Sequence record: MT939492.1
Direction: 5' to 3' (one strand)
DNA: 64,000 nucleotides
Below the pieces are notes generated by a model, which saw nothing but the letters and a program-made list of their open reading frames with translations, was not told the DNA's origin and made no database searches. The position numbers and the translations under genes were made by a program. Positions 1-10,310 of this stretch are shown here, piece after piece. The stretch's first letter is position 1; every line of letters starts with the position of its first letter.

Positions 1-13
1 TTTTTTTTTTGCT

Positions 14-1759
14 TTAAGCGTGCTCTTCCTGACGCACCCGTTCGCCGATCCGATGGATGTTGTCCAACACATCCGGGTTCTGGACCAGACCTCGATCCCG
101 ACGGAAGTTCTGCAGGAGCGTATCCATGCTCGGTGCGTTGTACAGGGTACGCACGATCTCCATGGCGTTGGTCGTACCGCCAGTGAGGTTGATGCCCTGT
201 GCACGCTGCACCTCTTCGGGAATATCGCGCATCATGCACAGCTCGCGCAACGTGGTTTCCTTGGAGATGTTCATCACCACTTCCAGCGTCGGGTAAGTAC
301 CGACGGCGTCGCAGTCTGCCACGTGAGTGAAGATTGCGGTGGGGTGATCCGGCATTTCCTCGATCAAGCACAGTCCATCGTCGACCAGGTACGAAGGCAG
401 TGTCACGATCCAATCGTTCATACCAAGCACGAACTTGTCGTTCTCATCCACCATGTCCTTACCGGTGGAGCCCATGATCTTGCCCTCGTTCTGAACGAAG
501 AAGTGCAAGTCGTCGCAGGTGCGCTTGGGCTGAGACGGGAACTTGGTGTACTCGGAGTGTTCAACCAGAACCGAGATCACTCGCTTCAGATCGTTGGTCT
601 CATCATCGAGCATCTCCATACCAACGCAGTCGAACACGTTGTAGATGCAATACTCGATCGGGTACTTGCTCTGCATGAACTTGTGCCAGTCCAGCCCCTT
701 CAAGTGATCAGCCACATCGAAGTTCAACTTACGCACACCCAGGTTCTTGTTGAGGATGTGATCGAGTCGATAGCTGGTCTCGTTGCCCTTGGTAACACGC
801 AGCTTCTTGTAGACGCACATGGCGTCAAGGAAGACGAAGGACGCAGGACATTCCATCTTGTGCCAACGATCGGCAGGATGGATGGGCTTCAGTGCGCCAG
901 TTGCCGTCTGCTGCTTGGCTCGACCTTCCACGTACTTGACGAAGCGGAAGGCGGGCGGGACACTCGGATCAGAAAGCACATCTGCAGCATTGATGCGTTC
1001 CTTGTCCAGAGCTGCCAGGATCTTTGGCAAGTCGAAGTTGATGTTCCAGATGGCGATGATGTCAGGCGAGATCTCGTGAGCACGCTCGAAGATCTTCTTG
1101 ATCAGCTCACCCGGTGTCTTACCGAAGTGAACCTGCAAGTTGATGTTGCGCGCCTTCTTGACCTCACCGAGATAGGTTTCCATCGCGGTCTGCAGAGCCT
1201 TCTCAGGCTCAGGGATGTGTTCGACGAACGAGTCCTTGACGCAGAGGATCACATTCTCTTTGCACGCAAGCGTGATCGAGACGATTTCCTCGGTGCCATG
1301 AACAACGTCCGTTTCAATGTCGAGCGTGGCCACCAGGTTGTCACTGATGAACTGCGGCCACTTCTTACGGTAGCCATACTTCAGCAACACCGGGGTGGTG
1401 ACGTCGGTGCCGTAGAGATACGGAGACATACCAGCAATCGGCATGCCGCCCTGAATCATGCCACGACCAAGTGCCTTGGACACACTGGCCAGCAGCTTGT
1501 GCTGAGGCGTGGTGTACTTCTGCAGCTTGTCAACGTCCTCCCACTCTTTCTTGTCAGTGTGGTTGCGGAAGTTCGGCTTGGTGACGTAGAAGTCACGCGG
1601 GTAGTCCTTGAAACGACGGATACGCGGAACACAGCGACCATCCTTCAGGTATACCTTCTCCTTCACGACCAAAAGGTCGAACGGAGCATCTTTCGGGTGG
1701 GCGTAAACGGCGTGTTTACACTCCAAGCCGATGATGTCTTCTTGCTTAATCTGGGTCAT
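14..1759 (-). CDS. Split family-B DNA polymerase subunit (3'-5' exonuclease domain plus polymerase motif A), phiKZ gp082-like
   Basis: ExoI LDIETD, ExoII WNINFD, ExoIII YNVFDC and a PolB motif-A-like DAVGTYP are present, with no motif B/C in the ORF. It is divergent from the virion gene cluster, as in phiKZ-like phages. Confidence 0.8.
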   Translation of the reverse strand: MTQIKQEDIIGLECKHAVYAHPKDAPFDLLVVKEKVYLKDGRCVPRIRRFKDYPRDFYVTKPNFRNHTDKKEWEDVDKLQKYTTPQHKLLASVSKALGRGMIQGGMPIAGMSPYLYGTDVTTPVLLKYGYRKKWPQFISDNLVATLDIETDVVHGTEEIVSITLACKENVILCVKDSFVEHIPEPEKALQTAMETYLGEVKKARNINLQVHFGKTPGELIKKIFERAHEISPDIIAIWNINFDLPKILAALDKERINAADVLSDPSVPPAFRFVKYVEGRAKQQTATGALKPIHPADRWHKMECPASFVFLDAMCVYKKLRVTKGNETSYRLDHILNKNLGVRKLNFDVADHLKGLDWHKFMQSKYPIEYCIYNVFDCVGMEMLDDETNDLKRVISVLVEHSEYTKFPSQPKRTCDDLHFFVQNEGKIMGSTGKDMVDENDKFVLGMNDWIVTLPSYLVDDGLCLIEEMPDHPTAIFTHVADCDAVGTYPTLEVVMNISKETTLRELCMMRDIPEEVQRAQGINLTGGTTNAMEIVRTLYNAPSMDTLLQNFRRDRGLVQNPDVLDNIHRIGERVRQEEHA

Positions 1760-1844
1760 TTAAAGCTCCGCTGCGTACCGCTTTTCCTGAGGCTATACTA
1801 TCACTATGAGCAGTAAATAATCACAGAGATCCAAAGGAACCCCT

Positions 1845-3155
1845 ATGGCCGCCCTCGGCGACTGGTTGGTCAGTCAAGAAGCAATCGATTTCCAGAACAA
1901 CCCCCACGCCATCGGCGCTCTGGCCGACGCGTTCACCAAGCTGATGGAAGTACCGGTCACTGATGGCCGACAGCTCGACGATGCCGGACTGCAGAAGCTG
2001 GTCTTCGACCTGACCGGCATGAAGGTCCGCTTCCACGTGTTCGAGAGCATGTCCATCGACGCTTTCGTGCTGATCCCCTCGCTGAAGCAGGGGCACTCCT
2101 GGTTCCCCGGACCGACGCCGGAGAAGTGGAAGTCGTGGGAAGCGGAGAAGAAACTGGAAGAAGTCGGCGACATGATCGAAGGTGAGGTCAACCTGAAGAC
2201 CGGCCGTGTCTCTGGCATCTTCTCCGAGATCGACATCGACGTGTTCTTCGCCACCGGCTGGTTCAAGCATCTGGACCTGACCGCAATGGAGCGCGTGGCC
2301 GTTCTGCTCCATGAACTCGGCCATCCGTTCACCTATCTGGAATACCTTTCCGAAGCCACTCGTACCAACTACGCGCTGGCTGCCATCAAGGAAGGCTTTG
2401 CCCAGACCGAAGACCGCACCATTCGTTACAAGCTGGTCACTCAGTTGGAGAAATCGCTGAACGTCAAGCTCAGTGATCCCAACGGCGTGGTTGCAGCCAC
2501 CGACCCTGGCGTGGTGGAAGTGATCGTGGTGACTGCCGTGGTGGACCGGGTGCGCTCGGAGATGGGCAGCTCGACCTACGATGCGTTCTCGGTTGAGTCG
2601 CTGGCCGATCAGTACGCATCCCGTATGGGCGTGGGTAAGGATCTGATCTCGGCACTGGCCAAGATCGACAAGGCATCCTACGGCCGCTCCACGGCAGGTA
2701 GCGCGCTGGTGTTCGGCTATGAATACTTCGCCACGATGTACCAGATCCTGCCGCGCATGTTGCTGACCATGGTCGCATTCACCATGAGCGGCCCTCTGGC
2801 CATCGCCACGGCTCTGGGTAGCCTGCTCTATGGCAAGCGTGACCTCGGTCCGTACGAAGACCTGCCGGCGCGTCTGGCGGCAATCGAGCGCGACATGATC
2901 GGTCGTCTGCGCAAGGGCAACATGCCCAAGGCCAAGGTCGAGCAGCTGATCCGTGACCTGCGTGCTACACGGCAGATCATCGATTCCACCAAGACCGAAG
3001 AAACGACGGTGTCCAAGATCGTCACGTTCTTCTCGCTGCGTGCTCGTAGTCAGCGCAACGCCGTCGCTGCCCAGCGTGAGCTGGAGAAGCTCGGTCGTTC
3101 GCGTCTGTTCGTGACGGCCGCTGAAATCAATCTCAAACTGAAGGTGAACAACTGA
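1845..3155 (+). CDS. Virion structural protein with zincin HExxH motif
   Basis: 436 aa with RBS AAGGAA; LLHELGHP plus downstream ESLADQYA; first gene of the head-protein cluster. Confidence 0.6.
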   Translation: MAALGDWLVSQEAIDFQNNPHAIGALADAFTKLMEVPVTDGRQLDDAGLQKLVFDLTGMKVRFHVFESMSIDAFVLIPSLKQGHSWFPGPTPEKWKSWEAEKKLEEVGDMIEGEVNLKTGRVSGIFSEIDIDVFFATGWFKHLDLTAMERVAVLLHELGHPFTYLEYLSEATRTNYALAAIKEGFAQTEDRTIRYKLVTQLEKSLNVKLSDPNGVVAATDPGVVEVIVVTAVVDRVRSEMGSSTYDAFSVESLADQYASRMGVGKDLISALAKIDKASYGRSTAGSALVFGYEYFATMYQILPRMLLTMVAFTMSGPLAIATALGSLLYGKRDLGPYEDLPARLAAIERDMIGRLRKGNMPKAKVEQLIRDLRATRQIIDSTKTEETTVSKIVTFFSLRARSQRNAVAAQRELEKLGRSRLFVTAAEINLKLKVNN

Positions 3156-3613
3156 TGGACGGCATTCCCGATTCGGTATCCATGGCGCTGGACTGCGATG
3201 GACTGATGGGCAAAGAGCGCTTGGAGGTAGTCACTGCCTCGCTGGCTCTGGCCATGGCCTACGCGCTGGCGTTGCCGACCGGACCGGTGGAGAACGTTGA
3301 GTCCTACTTCGTGCAGAACTACCGCGAACAGACCAACCTGATCATCTCCAGGGTCAACGAGCGCGAGCCGTTGAACGTGCCGGCCATCCAGAGCCTGACC
3401 ATGGGTCTCTGGAAGATTCGCTATCGCATGGTCTTCGAGCCCAGCCACCCCTCGGCAATCATTGCCCTGGAGCAGGCTCTGGCTTCGGGCACCCTCGGCG
3501 AGATCACCTTCGATCTTGTCAACTCCCTCCGCGACGAGAAGCGCCAGCGTCAGATTCGTTTCCTGACCCGCCGCTTCGAGGAGCACACTACCAAACAAGG
3601 TGAGAAGTTCTGA
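3155..3613 (+). CDS. Probable virion structural protein
   Basis: 152 aa; TGATG translational coupling on both sides within the structural operon. Confidence 0.5.
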   Translation: MDGIPDSVSMALDCDGLMGKERLEVVTASLALAMAYALALPTGPVENVESYFVQNYREQTNLIISRVNEREPLNVPAIQSLTMGLWKIRYRMVFEPSHPSAIIALEQALASGTLGEITFDLVNSLRDEKRQRQIRFLTRRFEEHTTKQGEKF

Positions 3614-4863
3614 TGGACGTTACCGACCTCGACGAAAGTACCCTGCTGCCCGAAGATCTCGGTGCCGACGAACAGTCCGAGATGGAGAGCATCGAATCCT
3701 CCATGGAAGCGCTGAATGGCCACATCGAGCGCATCGCCGAAATCGGCGGTATCTCGATGGAGATGGCCGAGCAGTTGGTGGTGGAACATGCCATCGAACT
3801 CGGCCGCATTCCGGTCAAGAGCTTCACCAAGGAACCGTCCACGACCAACCTGAAGGTGGCGCAGGAAGCGATCACCGTCGGCCAGGCCGTACTGATCGGT
3901 GCTCTGGTCGGCGTGGCCGCCGCGCTGCTGATCAAGCTGACCATGTGGATGGTCGAATACTTCCGCAGCAATCGTACCAAGGAAGCCAAGACCTCGGTGG
4001 TCGTCAACAACGTCATGGCGCTGAGCGAGGCCATGGAGGAAGTTGAGCCGCTCTTCCAGGGTACGCCGCTGCAGGAAATCCGCAAGCGCCTGGGCAACGA
4101 TCGTGAGATGCTCAGCCAGATGCGAGCCATCCACGAAGACCTGCTCACCAGCGGTCCGTACTCGACCTTCCTCGGCACCTGCTGGGAGAAGCTGGATCAG
4201 TGGGAGGAGAAGCTCAGCGAGAAGATCTCCAACTACATCCGTCTGTCGGGCCAGGTGGTGCGTGAGGGCGACCAGCGCTCCAACGATGTACTGGTGGACA
4301 TGCTCGACGAAATCGCCCGCCCGATCCCGATGTTCGCCTACCCCAACGAAGTGGTCTCCGGCACCTTCGTGGCTGAATCGATCCACTCGGACATCCTGCC
4401 GGTGGCCAACGCCATCTACCAGTCGGTGACCAAGCTGGATCAGCAGGCCATCGCGGTGGACGATATCGATCGCCTGGTCAAGCGCGTGGTCGATGGTGCA
4501 TTCGTCACTCGCTCGGTCTACGGCCCGATGGAAGGCTCGCTGCGTGGTGCGGTTCGCCTGAACGCTGCTGCCAAGAAGCTCAAGTCCGTGGAGAAGACCA
4601 CTTCGTCCGATCCGCGCGTGGCTTCCACCTACAGCAAGGCGCTGAAGAACATCACTGAAGAGACTCGTGCTCTGGTGGTCATGTGGAACTCGGTGGAAGT
4701 GATGGCATCGGCTCGCCGCCGTCTGCTGACGCTTTCCCTGAACCGCATGCTGGCCTTCTTCTCCGAGCTGAACAAGCTGGCCGTGGCCTCCGACGACAAC
4801 GAACTGCGTGGTCGTGTTGCCAAGATCACCGCCGAACTGAAGCGCCGCATGCGTCGTTTCTGA
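3613..4863 (+). CDS. Internal head (ejection) protein with acidic propeptide
   Basis: Acidic N-terminus with S/A-x-E prohead-protease motifs (SME x3, AQE) followed by a hydrophobic segment. Confidence 0.7.
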   Translation: MDVTDLDESTLLPEDLGADEQSEMESIESSMEALNGHIERIAEIGGISMEMAEQLVVEHAIELGRIPVKSFTKEPSTTNLKVAQEAITVGQAVLIGALVGVAAALLIKLTMWMVEYFRSNRTKEAKTSVVVNNVMALSEAMEEVEPLFQGTPLQEIRKRLGNDREMLSQMRAIHEDLLTSGPYSTFLGTCWEKLDQWEEKLSEKISNYIRLSGQVVREGDQRSNDVLVDMLDEIARPIPMFAYPNEVVSGTFVAESIHSDILPVANAIYQSVTKLDQQAIAVDDIDRLVKRVVDGAFVTRSVYGPMEGSLRGAVRLNAAAKKLKSVEKTTSSDPRVASTYSKALKNITEETRALVVMWNSVEVMASARRRLLTLSLNRMLAFFSELNKLAVASDDNELRGRVAKITAELKRRMRRF

Positions 4864-4872
4864 ACAACATAC

Positions 4873-4902
4873 GGGGAGGGGCTTTCGCCCCTCCCCTATG
4901 CC
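4873..4902. terminator. Bidirectional GC hairpin flanked by CATA/TATGCC
   Basis: GGGGAGGGGC-TTTC-GCCCCTCCCC-TATGCC between convergent genes. Confidence 0.75.
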
Positions 4903-4904
4903 CT

Positions 4905-7814
4905 TTACTTGGCCAGCGTGTGACGCAGCGGATCGATCTGAACGTCGTCCTCGACCACCAGCGTATCGTCGCTCTTGGCAACAATGCGCTTGCGGACAGA
5001 ACAACGCAGGGTATCGTCCAGTGCCGTGATGACCGGGAAGTTGTTGGCTCCGCCCAGTCCAGACACGCTGAATGCGATCGCTTCGTTGCCGATCTCTTCG
5101 CGCAGCTTGTCGGTGATGTCGTCGATGGTCACCGTCGACTGGATCAGACGATCAGCAATGACCAGCTTGATCGAACGAGTCAACGACTCACGCAGACGTG
5201 CATCAGCGTATTCCGCACGGCCCAGATACAGACCAACACGCAGACCCTGTTCGGCCGGGATGTTGGAGATCAGACCTTCCTCGACCATGACCTGCACATT
5301 ACCCAGCGTGGTCTGCGGAGCGAAGTACAGTTCAGTGCCTTCCAGCAGCTTGGCACGGATGGTGGCAATGTCGGTAGTGAGCCAACGGACCACGGTCTGT
5401 GCCGTACTGTCACGATACGCCACCGAAACCGGATTGGTAGCGAACCAATACTTGCCGTCCAGGAAGAACAGGTCAACCTGACGCTGCATCTTGCGGGTCG
5501 ACTCGACCATCGGGTTGCCGTCAGCATCACGCATGACGTCGCCCTTCAGGAAGCGGATCATCGGTTTGCCTTCGTCATCCAGACGAACCTCGCCCTTGGC
5601 ATGGAGCATCCGGTACTTCATCTCACCGTCGACGATGTCGTACAGGATCGTGCCAGTGGCAGGATCACGTGCGAACTCCGGCTCATCGTAGACCCACGGC
5701 ACGTCGGCCGAGTAACGCTTGTAGTCTTCTTCGGAGACCACCGAGCGAGAGGCCGACCACAGACCGTCCAGCGAACTGCCCATGTTGGTGTTGAACTTCT
5801 CATGGGTCAATGCGATGGCATCTTCCGGCAGCATCTCCTTGGCGATGATCAGGTCGATATCCGTGGTCAGCGTATCCACCGGACGGTAGTCGCTCAACAC
5901 GTAGAACAGATCGAAGCTCTCGGTCAGCGAAGCCGGCACCGGACGGGTGCTTCCACCGAACATCTGGAAGTTGGTCAAGTACAGGTCATCGTTGCTGTTG
6001 ATGTCCAGGTTGGACTCCAGCTCGAACACGTACGCGCGTTCACCCGAGGGCAGCTTGACGTCCAGCACGCCATTGAGGTAAGCGCGGCCACTCTCACCGG
6101 TGGGCTGGAAGCTGAGCTGCGCATGCACACTGCTGTCAGGCAGTGCAAGAGCTTCTTCGCTGGAGGCGGTCACCACGGTGATGCGGTAGCCCTTCTCGGT
6201 GCGCTCGATATCGAAGCTTTCGGTGGAGATGGTCATCCCCAGCGTGTCGTTCTCGGCGATGAAGTTGCGGCTGTCGATGGACGGGTTGTCCAGGTAATAG
6301 CCGCGCGTGTCGAAAACGTTGCCGGTGATGTCCAGCACGTAGTGATACGGGCTGAACAGATAACGCTCCGAATTGATCAGGCGAGCCCGGGTTTCCAGGA
6401 TGGCGCCGTTGATCATGTTCAGCTCGTCCTTCTCCACGATCTTCACCAGACCGTTGTCGAGCTTGTAGAGCATCTTCGGCGACAGGGTGACACGCTCCCC
6501 GTTGTCGTAGACACCCTCGTAGCCCTTCAGGCCCTCCAGAGACTGCTGGAAGGTCATGATGCCAGCGCCGATGGGGCTGAGCACCGAACCATCCTCAGGC
6601 AGCGGCAGAGGGCGGGAGGTCTTGTAGATACGACGGGTCAGGTTGTCCACGGTCTTGACCGAGGAGTAGCCTTCGTTGGTGAGGGTGGAGATGATCTGCC
6701 ACGGGGTGATCGGCTGATTGGAAGCGCCATGAGCATTCATCATGACCTGCTCACGCAGCACCTCGAACGACTTGGCACCCGAGCCACCGGTGACGACTTG
6801 GTCGGAGTAGACCAGCAGCGTGGTGATGTTCTCCAGCGCCGCCCAGTACACCCCGTTGTCGTCGTTGTCGAAATCCTGCCAACGATAGTCGAACGCATCC
6901 GACTCGTAGTTGGACAGAATCATCGACAGCTCGCCTTCGGTGGAGTAGACGTCCAGGCGCAGCTGCTTCTTGATCGTGCCTGCCGTGGCGTAGACTTCAG
7001 GCACCGAGTACATCACGCGGTCGGAGTATACCTGCAGCGCAACCGTGGGTTGAGCCGGGTCGAAGACCTGACGCGTTTCGGTGGTGAGGATCTCTTCCCA
7101 CGGACCATCGCCGGAACGGTGGTAGGCGCGAGTGGCGTAGTAGCTACCGCCGAAGGTGATCGCGCCGCTGGTCGGACTGGCCTTGCTGACGACGAAGTTG
7201 TTGCTGCTCACCTTCATCTGCATGACCGGGATCTCGATGAACAACATCTCGATACCACCCACCAGACTACTCTTCCAGGTCTTGAGCAGGTTGGTCGACA
7301 GCGGCATGAGCGGCGACGGACGGGTAACGTCGTACACCACGCGCTCGGTGCCAGCGCTGTTGATGCGGATCTCGATCGGGTATTGCATCGAGAAGGTCAC
7401 ACCTGCCACCGTGAACTCGGTGTTGCGCGGGATCACCATCTTCTGCACGCCGTTCACGCCAGTGGGCACAGAACGAGCCAGCACTTCTTCCATCGCCATT
7501 GACACGGTGATCGTGGTGCGCGACGGAGTCGCCCAGCGGCCGATGTAGTCCTTGTCGGACATGTGCAGGTACAGCTCTTCTTCGTCCAGCGCCATGCGAG
7601 CGAACTGGCGACGCGTGTTGGCAGCGCTTTCATGCATGGCAGAGGCGGCCAGCGTGGCGGCCATTTCGATCAACTGGACTGCCGGCTGGCTGGCGTCGAC
7701 GAAGATCAGCTCTCCGCCATTGGCCTGCTCCAGCATGTCGACACCCACCTCGAACATGGCGCCCGGATTGTAGCGAGCCTTGTCCAACAGCACCAATACG
7801 TCATTCGAGTTCAC
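4905..7814 (-). CDS. Large virion structural protein (tail/baseplate, phiKZ gp087-like)
   Basis: 969 aa from GTG 7814 (RBS GAGGAGG; GTGA overlap with the upstream stop); size and position match the phiKZ-like cluster. Confidence 0.65.
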   Translation of the reverse strand: MNSNDVLVLLDKARYNPGAMFEVGVDMLEQANGGELIFVDASQPAVQLIEMAATLAASAMHESAANTRRQFARMALDEEELYLHMSDKDYIGRWATPSRTTITVSMAMEEVLARSVPTGVNGVQKMVIPRNTEFTVAGVTFSMQYPIEIRINSAGTERVVYDVTRPSPLMPLSTNLLKTWKSSLVGGIEMLFIEIPVMQMKVSSNNFVVSKASPTSGAITFGGSYYATRAYHRSGDGPWEEILTTETRQVFDPAQPTVALQVYSDRVMYSVPEVYATAGTIKKQLRLDVYSTEGELSMILSNYESDAFDYRWQDFDNDDNGVYWAALENITTLLVYSDQVVTGGSGAKSFEVLREQVMMNAHGASNQPITPWQIISTLTNEGYSSVKTVDNLTRRIYKTSRPLPLPEDGSVLSPIGAGIMTFQQSLEGLKGYEGVYDNGERVTLSPKMLYKLDNGLVKIVEKDELNMINGAILETRARLINSERYLFSPYHYVLDITGNVFDTRGYYLDNPSIDSRNFIAENDTLGMTISTESFDIERTEKGYRITVVTASSEEALALPDSSVHAQLSFQPTGESGRAYLNGVLDVKLPSGERAYVFELESNLDINSNDDLYLTNFQMFGGSTRPVPASLTESFDLFYVLSDYRPVDTLTTDIDLIIAKEMLPEDAIALTHEKFNTNMGSSLDGLWSASRSVVSEEDYKRYSADVPWVYDEPEFARDPATGTILYDIVDGEMKYRMLHAKGEVRLDDEGKPMIRFLKGDVMRDADGNPMVESTRKMQRQVDLFFLDGKYWFATNPVSVAYRDSTAQTVVRWLTTDIATIRAKLLEGTELYFAPQTTLGNVQVMVEEGLISNIPAEQGLRVGLYLGRAEYADARLRESLTRSIKLVIADRLIQSTVTIDDITDKLREEIGNEAIAFSVSGLGGANNFPVITALDDTLRCSVRKRIVAKSDDTLVVEDDVQIDPLRHTLAK

Positions 7815-8845
7815 GACAGCAGCCTCCTCTTGGCATCTTCGTAATCGAGCTTGGTCACCCACCATTCAAGGCGGCCAGACTTCGGATCGATTCGCGGATA
7901 GCCCTTGTAGTTGAAATAGACCAGCTCAGCCTTGGTCAGACGCTGCATCTTCTGTTCGCGATCACCATCGAACATGTCGCGGTTGAAGAAGCAGACAGTG
8001 GAGTTGAACTCCACAAACAGGATCGGGTCGTACGGTTCGTAACCAAGGCACTGGAAACGAACTGCGATCTCCTTACTGTCCTGACTCATTGCCTGATCGG
8101 CATTGAAGTTGAACACCGCACCCAGCGGGTTGGCCGTGGGGAAAGCGCCGGCGCAGGCAGTGATACGCTGCACATACTGACGGGTCGGATCGAGCACGAG
8201 GCGATAGATTCGCGTCATGTAGTCGATCTCGTTTTCCAGCACCATCAGCGGGTAAGGCAGCATCGTGCCCTGCGTCACTTCGGCGATGTACTTCATCCAC
8301 ACGTAATACAGCAATGTTATAGGGTCACCTGTCACATTGCGGTAAGTTGCAGTGAGTGGGAAGGCTGAGAAGTCACGCGAGATGCCGTCGGCCATCGTGT
8401 AAACTTCTCGGTGCGCACCCGGTTTCGAAGTGAACGTATCGAGCTCTTGATCAGGCCACCCCGTCAGACTGAGGAGGTGGTTGGTCAGCGGCGTTATGAA
8501 CGCTTGCTTCGGATCGATCAGCGGGGTGTTCACCGCCTTTCGAGCGCTGGGGTCTTCAGGATAGTGACCCCAGGGATCGAGCAGGCAGCGGATAGCACGC
8601 TGATAGCTGTATTCCTCGGGCGTCAACAGAGGTGTCAGCTGGCGGCACGACGCAACGTTGTCGTATGCAAGATTCAACAAAGGCCTGGTGAAAAAGATCA
8701 GACCCTGATTGTCGGTATTCAGGGGGATCGGATTGCCCAAGCCGCGATGGTTGATGCCGTACAACGCATCAGACGATGCCCGGCTGAAGGAACCAAGACC
8801 CGATCCTTGCGAGATCAGGTTGATATCCTCTTGATATGTACCCAT
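7811..8845 (-). CDS. Virion structural protein (phiKZ gp088-like)
   Basis: 344 aa from ATG 8845 with RBS GGAGG (the ORF-track start at 8989 overlaps the divergent gene); syntenic position. Confidence 0.6.
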   Translation of the reverse strand: MGTYQEDINLISQGSGLGSFSRASSDALYGINHRGLGNPIPLNTDNQGLIFFTRPLLNLAYDNVASCRQLTPLLTPEEYSYQRAIRCLLDPWGHYPEDPSARKAVNTPLIDPKQAFITPLTNHLLSLTGWPDQELDTFTSKPGAHREVYTMADGISRDFSAFPLTATYRNVTGDPITLLYYVWMKYIAEVTQGTMLPYPLMVLENEIDYMTRIYRLVLDPTRQYVQRITACAGAFPTANPLGAVFNFNADQAMSQDSKEIAVRFQCLGYEPYDPILFVEFNSTVCFFNRDMFDGDREQKMQRLTKAELVYFNYKGYPRIDPKSGRLEWWVTKLDYEDAKRRLLS

Positions 8846-8879
8846 TTCTGTTTCAACCTCCGATAAAAGGGCTTTCCAA

Positions 8880-10292
8880 ATGATTCTCAAATCGGTGCTG
8901 GCAAATACCGCGCTGAAGTTCGTGACCCAGTCGCTGCCATTCCTGTTTGCACGGAACAACAAGTCGCTGATCGACGTTTCCGCCCCCACTCGTGTGGAGC
9001 CGGTCGTCCTGGTCGATTCTCGTCTGCAGTCCCAGCCCTACATGGGCGACGTCATGCAGTCGCTCACCTCGCTCTTCGCAGCGTACTACATGATGGCGGT
9101 CAGCCTGCGTGTCAACGTCGGACGTGTCGACGTGGTGCGTCTGCTGGAACCGCTGAACCCCAAGCGTGCCGGCCTGGGCACCAGCGCTGACATGCAGCGC
9201 GCCTCGGCCTACCTGATGTCCTCGATGGAGTCCTACCGCTTCGGCCTGCCTTCGCCGAACGAACCGACTCCGGGTCTGGAGAGCTTCGGCCTGGAGAACA
9301 ACGACTTCCAGGAACAGCGCATGAAGCTGGACCAGCGCCGCCTGGCTCTGGATACCCGTCGCTTCAACGCTGAGCAGCAGCGCCGCGTGGAACAGCAGGA
9401 CGCCGAGCGCGATCGCGAGAACCAGAACCGTCTGCGTGACCGCGACCGCGCCGCGAACGAGCGCCGCAAGCAGGAGCTGGAAGAGGCCCGCTTCGCCGAC
9501 CAGCGCACCCGCGCTGATCGACGTGAACAACAGGACGCGCTGCGGAACGCAGCTGAAGAAGAGCGCCGCCTGGAAGAAGAAGCTCAGCGCGAGTACGATC
9601 GTTCGCAGCCGGGTGCCAGCTTCTCCAACGTTGACGTGCTGAAGGACACGGCGAATCTGAGCGTCGGCAAGATGCTGGAAGTGGAGGTCACCGACAACGG
9701 TCAGACCGCACGCTTCCCCATCCAGCTGCGCCTGATCGCGTCCCTGATCGCTCCCAAGAACCTGGTTCATATATTGGGCGACCTGTCCAAGAACATGACC
9801 ATCAAGGAACGCTACCACATGTGGCGTTCGGGTCAGCTGGAGTTCATCAAGGATATCGTGTTCTGCACGGACCTGATCGACAACCACCGTCGCACGCTGG
9901 CTCAGGACAGCACCCGGACCTACCGGAACATCCTGAAGACCCGCAACAGCAACGGCCTGGCGGCGATCTTCCGTGGCAGCCCGTCGCTGGCCACCGCGTC
10001 CAACCTGTGCGTCATCTCCAACGACACCGTCAAGGAGCTGGAGCGCGATGCTCGCGGTCGCATGAGCGACGTCCGCTTCCGTCAGCGCATCTTCGAAGGT
10101 TCCTACCTGATGGTGCTGGTCGTGGTCGACGAGAAGTGGGAGAGCGTCACCTTCTACCATCGCGGCATCGAACTGCCGACGGAGCTGAACCTGCGCGACA
10201 TCAAGGGTGCCTCGAAGGGTGGCGGTAGCAGCACTGCCGACATCATGGAAATCTTCAAGGCTCTCAACAGCCAGAACGCTCCCTCCTTCTGA
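8880..10292 (+). CDS. Inner-body/head protein (phiKZ gp089-like) with charged helical insertion
   Basis: 470 aa; protease motifs SME, GLE x2; E/R/Q-rich segment; divergent from the gp088-like gene. Confidence 0.65.
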   Translation: MILKSVLANTALKFVTQSLPFLFARNNKSLIDVSAPTRVEPVVLVDSRLQSQPYMGDVMQSLTSLFAAYYMMAVSLRVNVGRVDVVRLLEPLNPKRAGLGTSADMQRASAYLMSSMESYRFGLPSPNEPTPGLESFGLENNDFQEQRMKLDQRRLALDTRRFNAEQQRRVEQQDAERDRENQNRLRDRDRAANERRKQELEEARFADQRTRADRREQQDALRNAAEEERRLEEEAQREYDRSQPGASFSNVDVLKDTANLSVGKMLEVEVTDNGQTARFPIQLRLIASLIAPKNLVHILGDLSKNMTIKERYHMWRSGQLEFIKDIVFCTDLIDNHRRTLAQDSTRTYRNILKTRNSNGLAAIFRGSPSLATASNLCVISNDTVKELERDARGRMSDVRFRQRIFEGSYLMVLVVVDEKWESVTFYHRGIELPTELNLRDIKGASKGGGSSTADIMEIFKALNSQNAPSF

Positions 10293-10310
10293 TCCAAGGA
10301 ACAACCCAAA

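Noticed and set aside
20-1816. 598-aa plus-strand ORF
   Set aside because: Antisense shadow of the polymerase gene, produced by strong GC3 codon bias; no motifs
4683-7502. 939-aa plus-strand ORF
   Set aside because: Antisense shadow of the gp087-like gene; composition typical of off-frame reading
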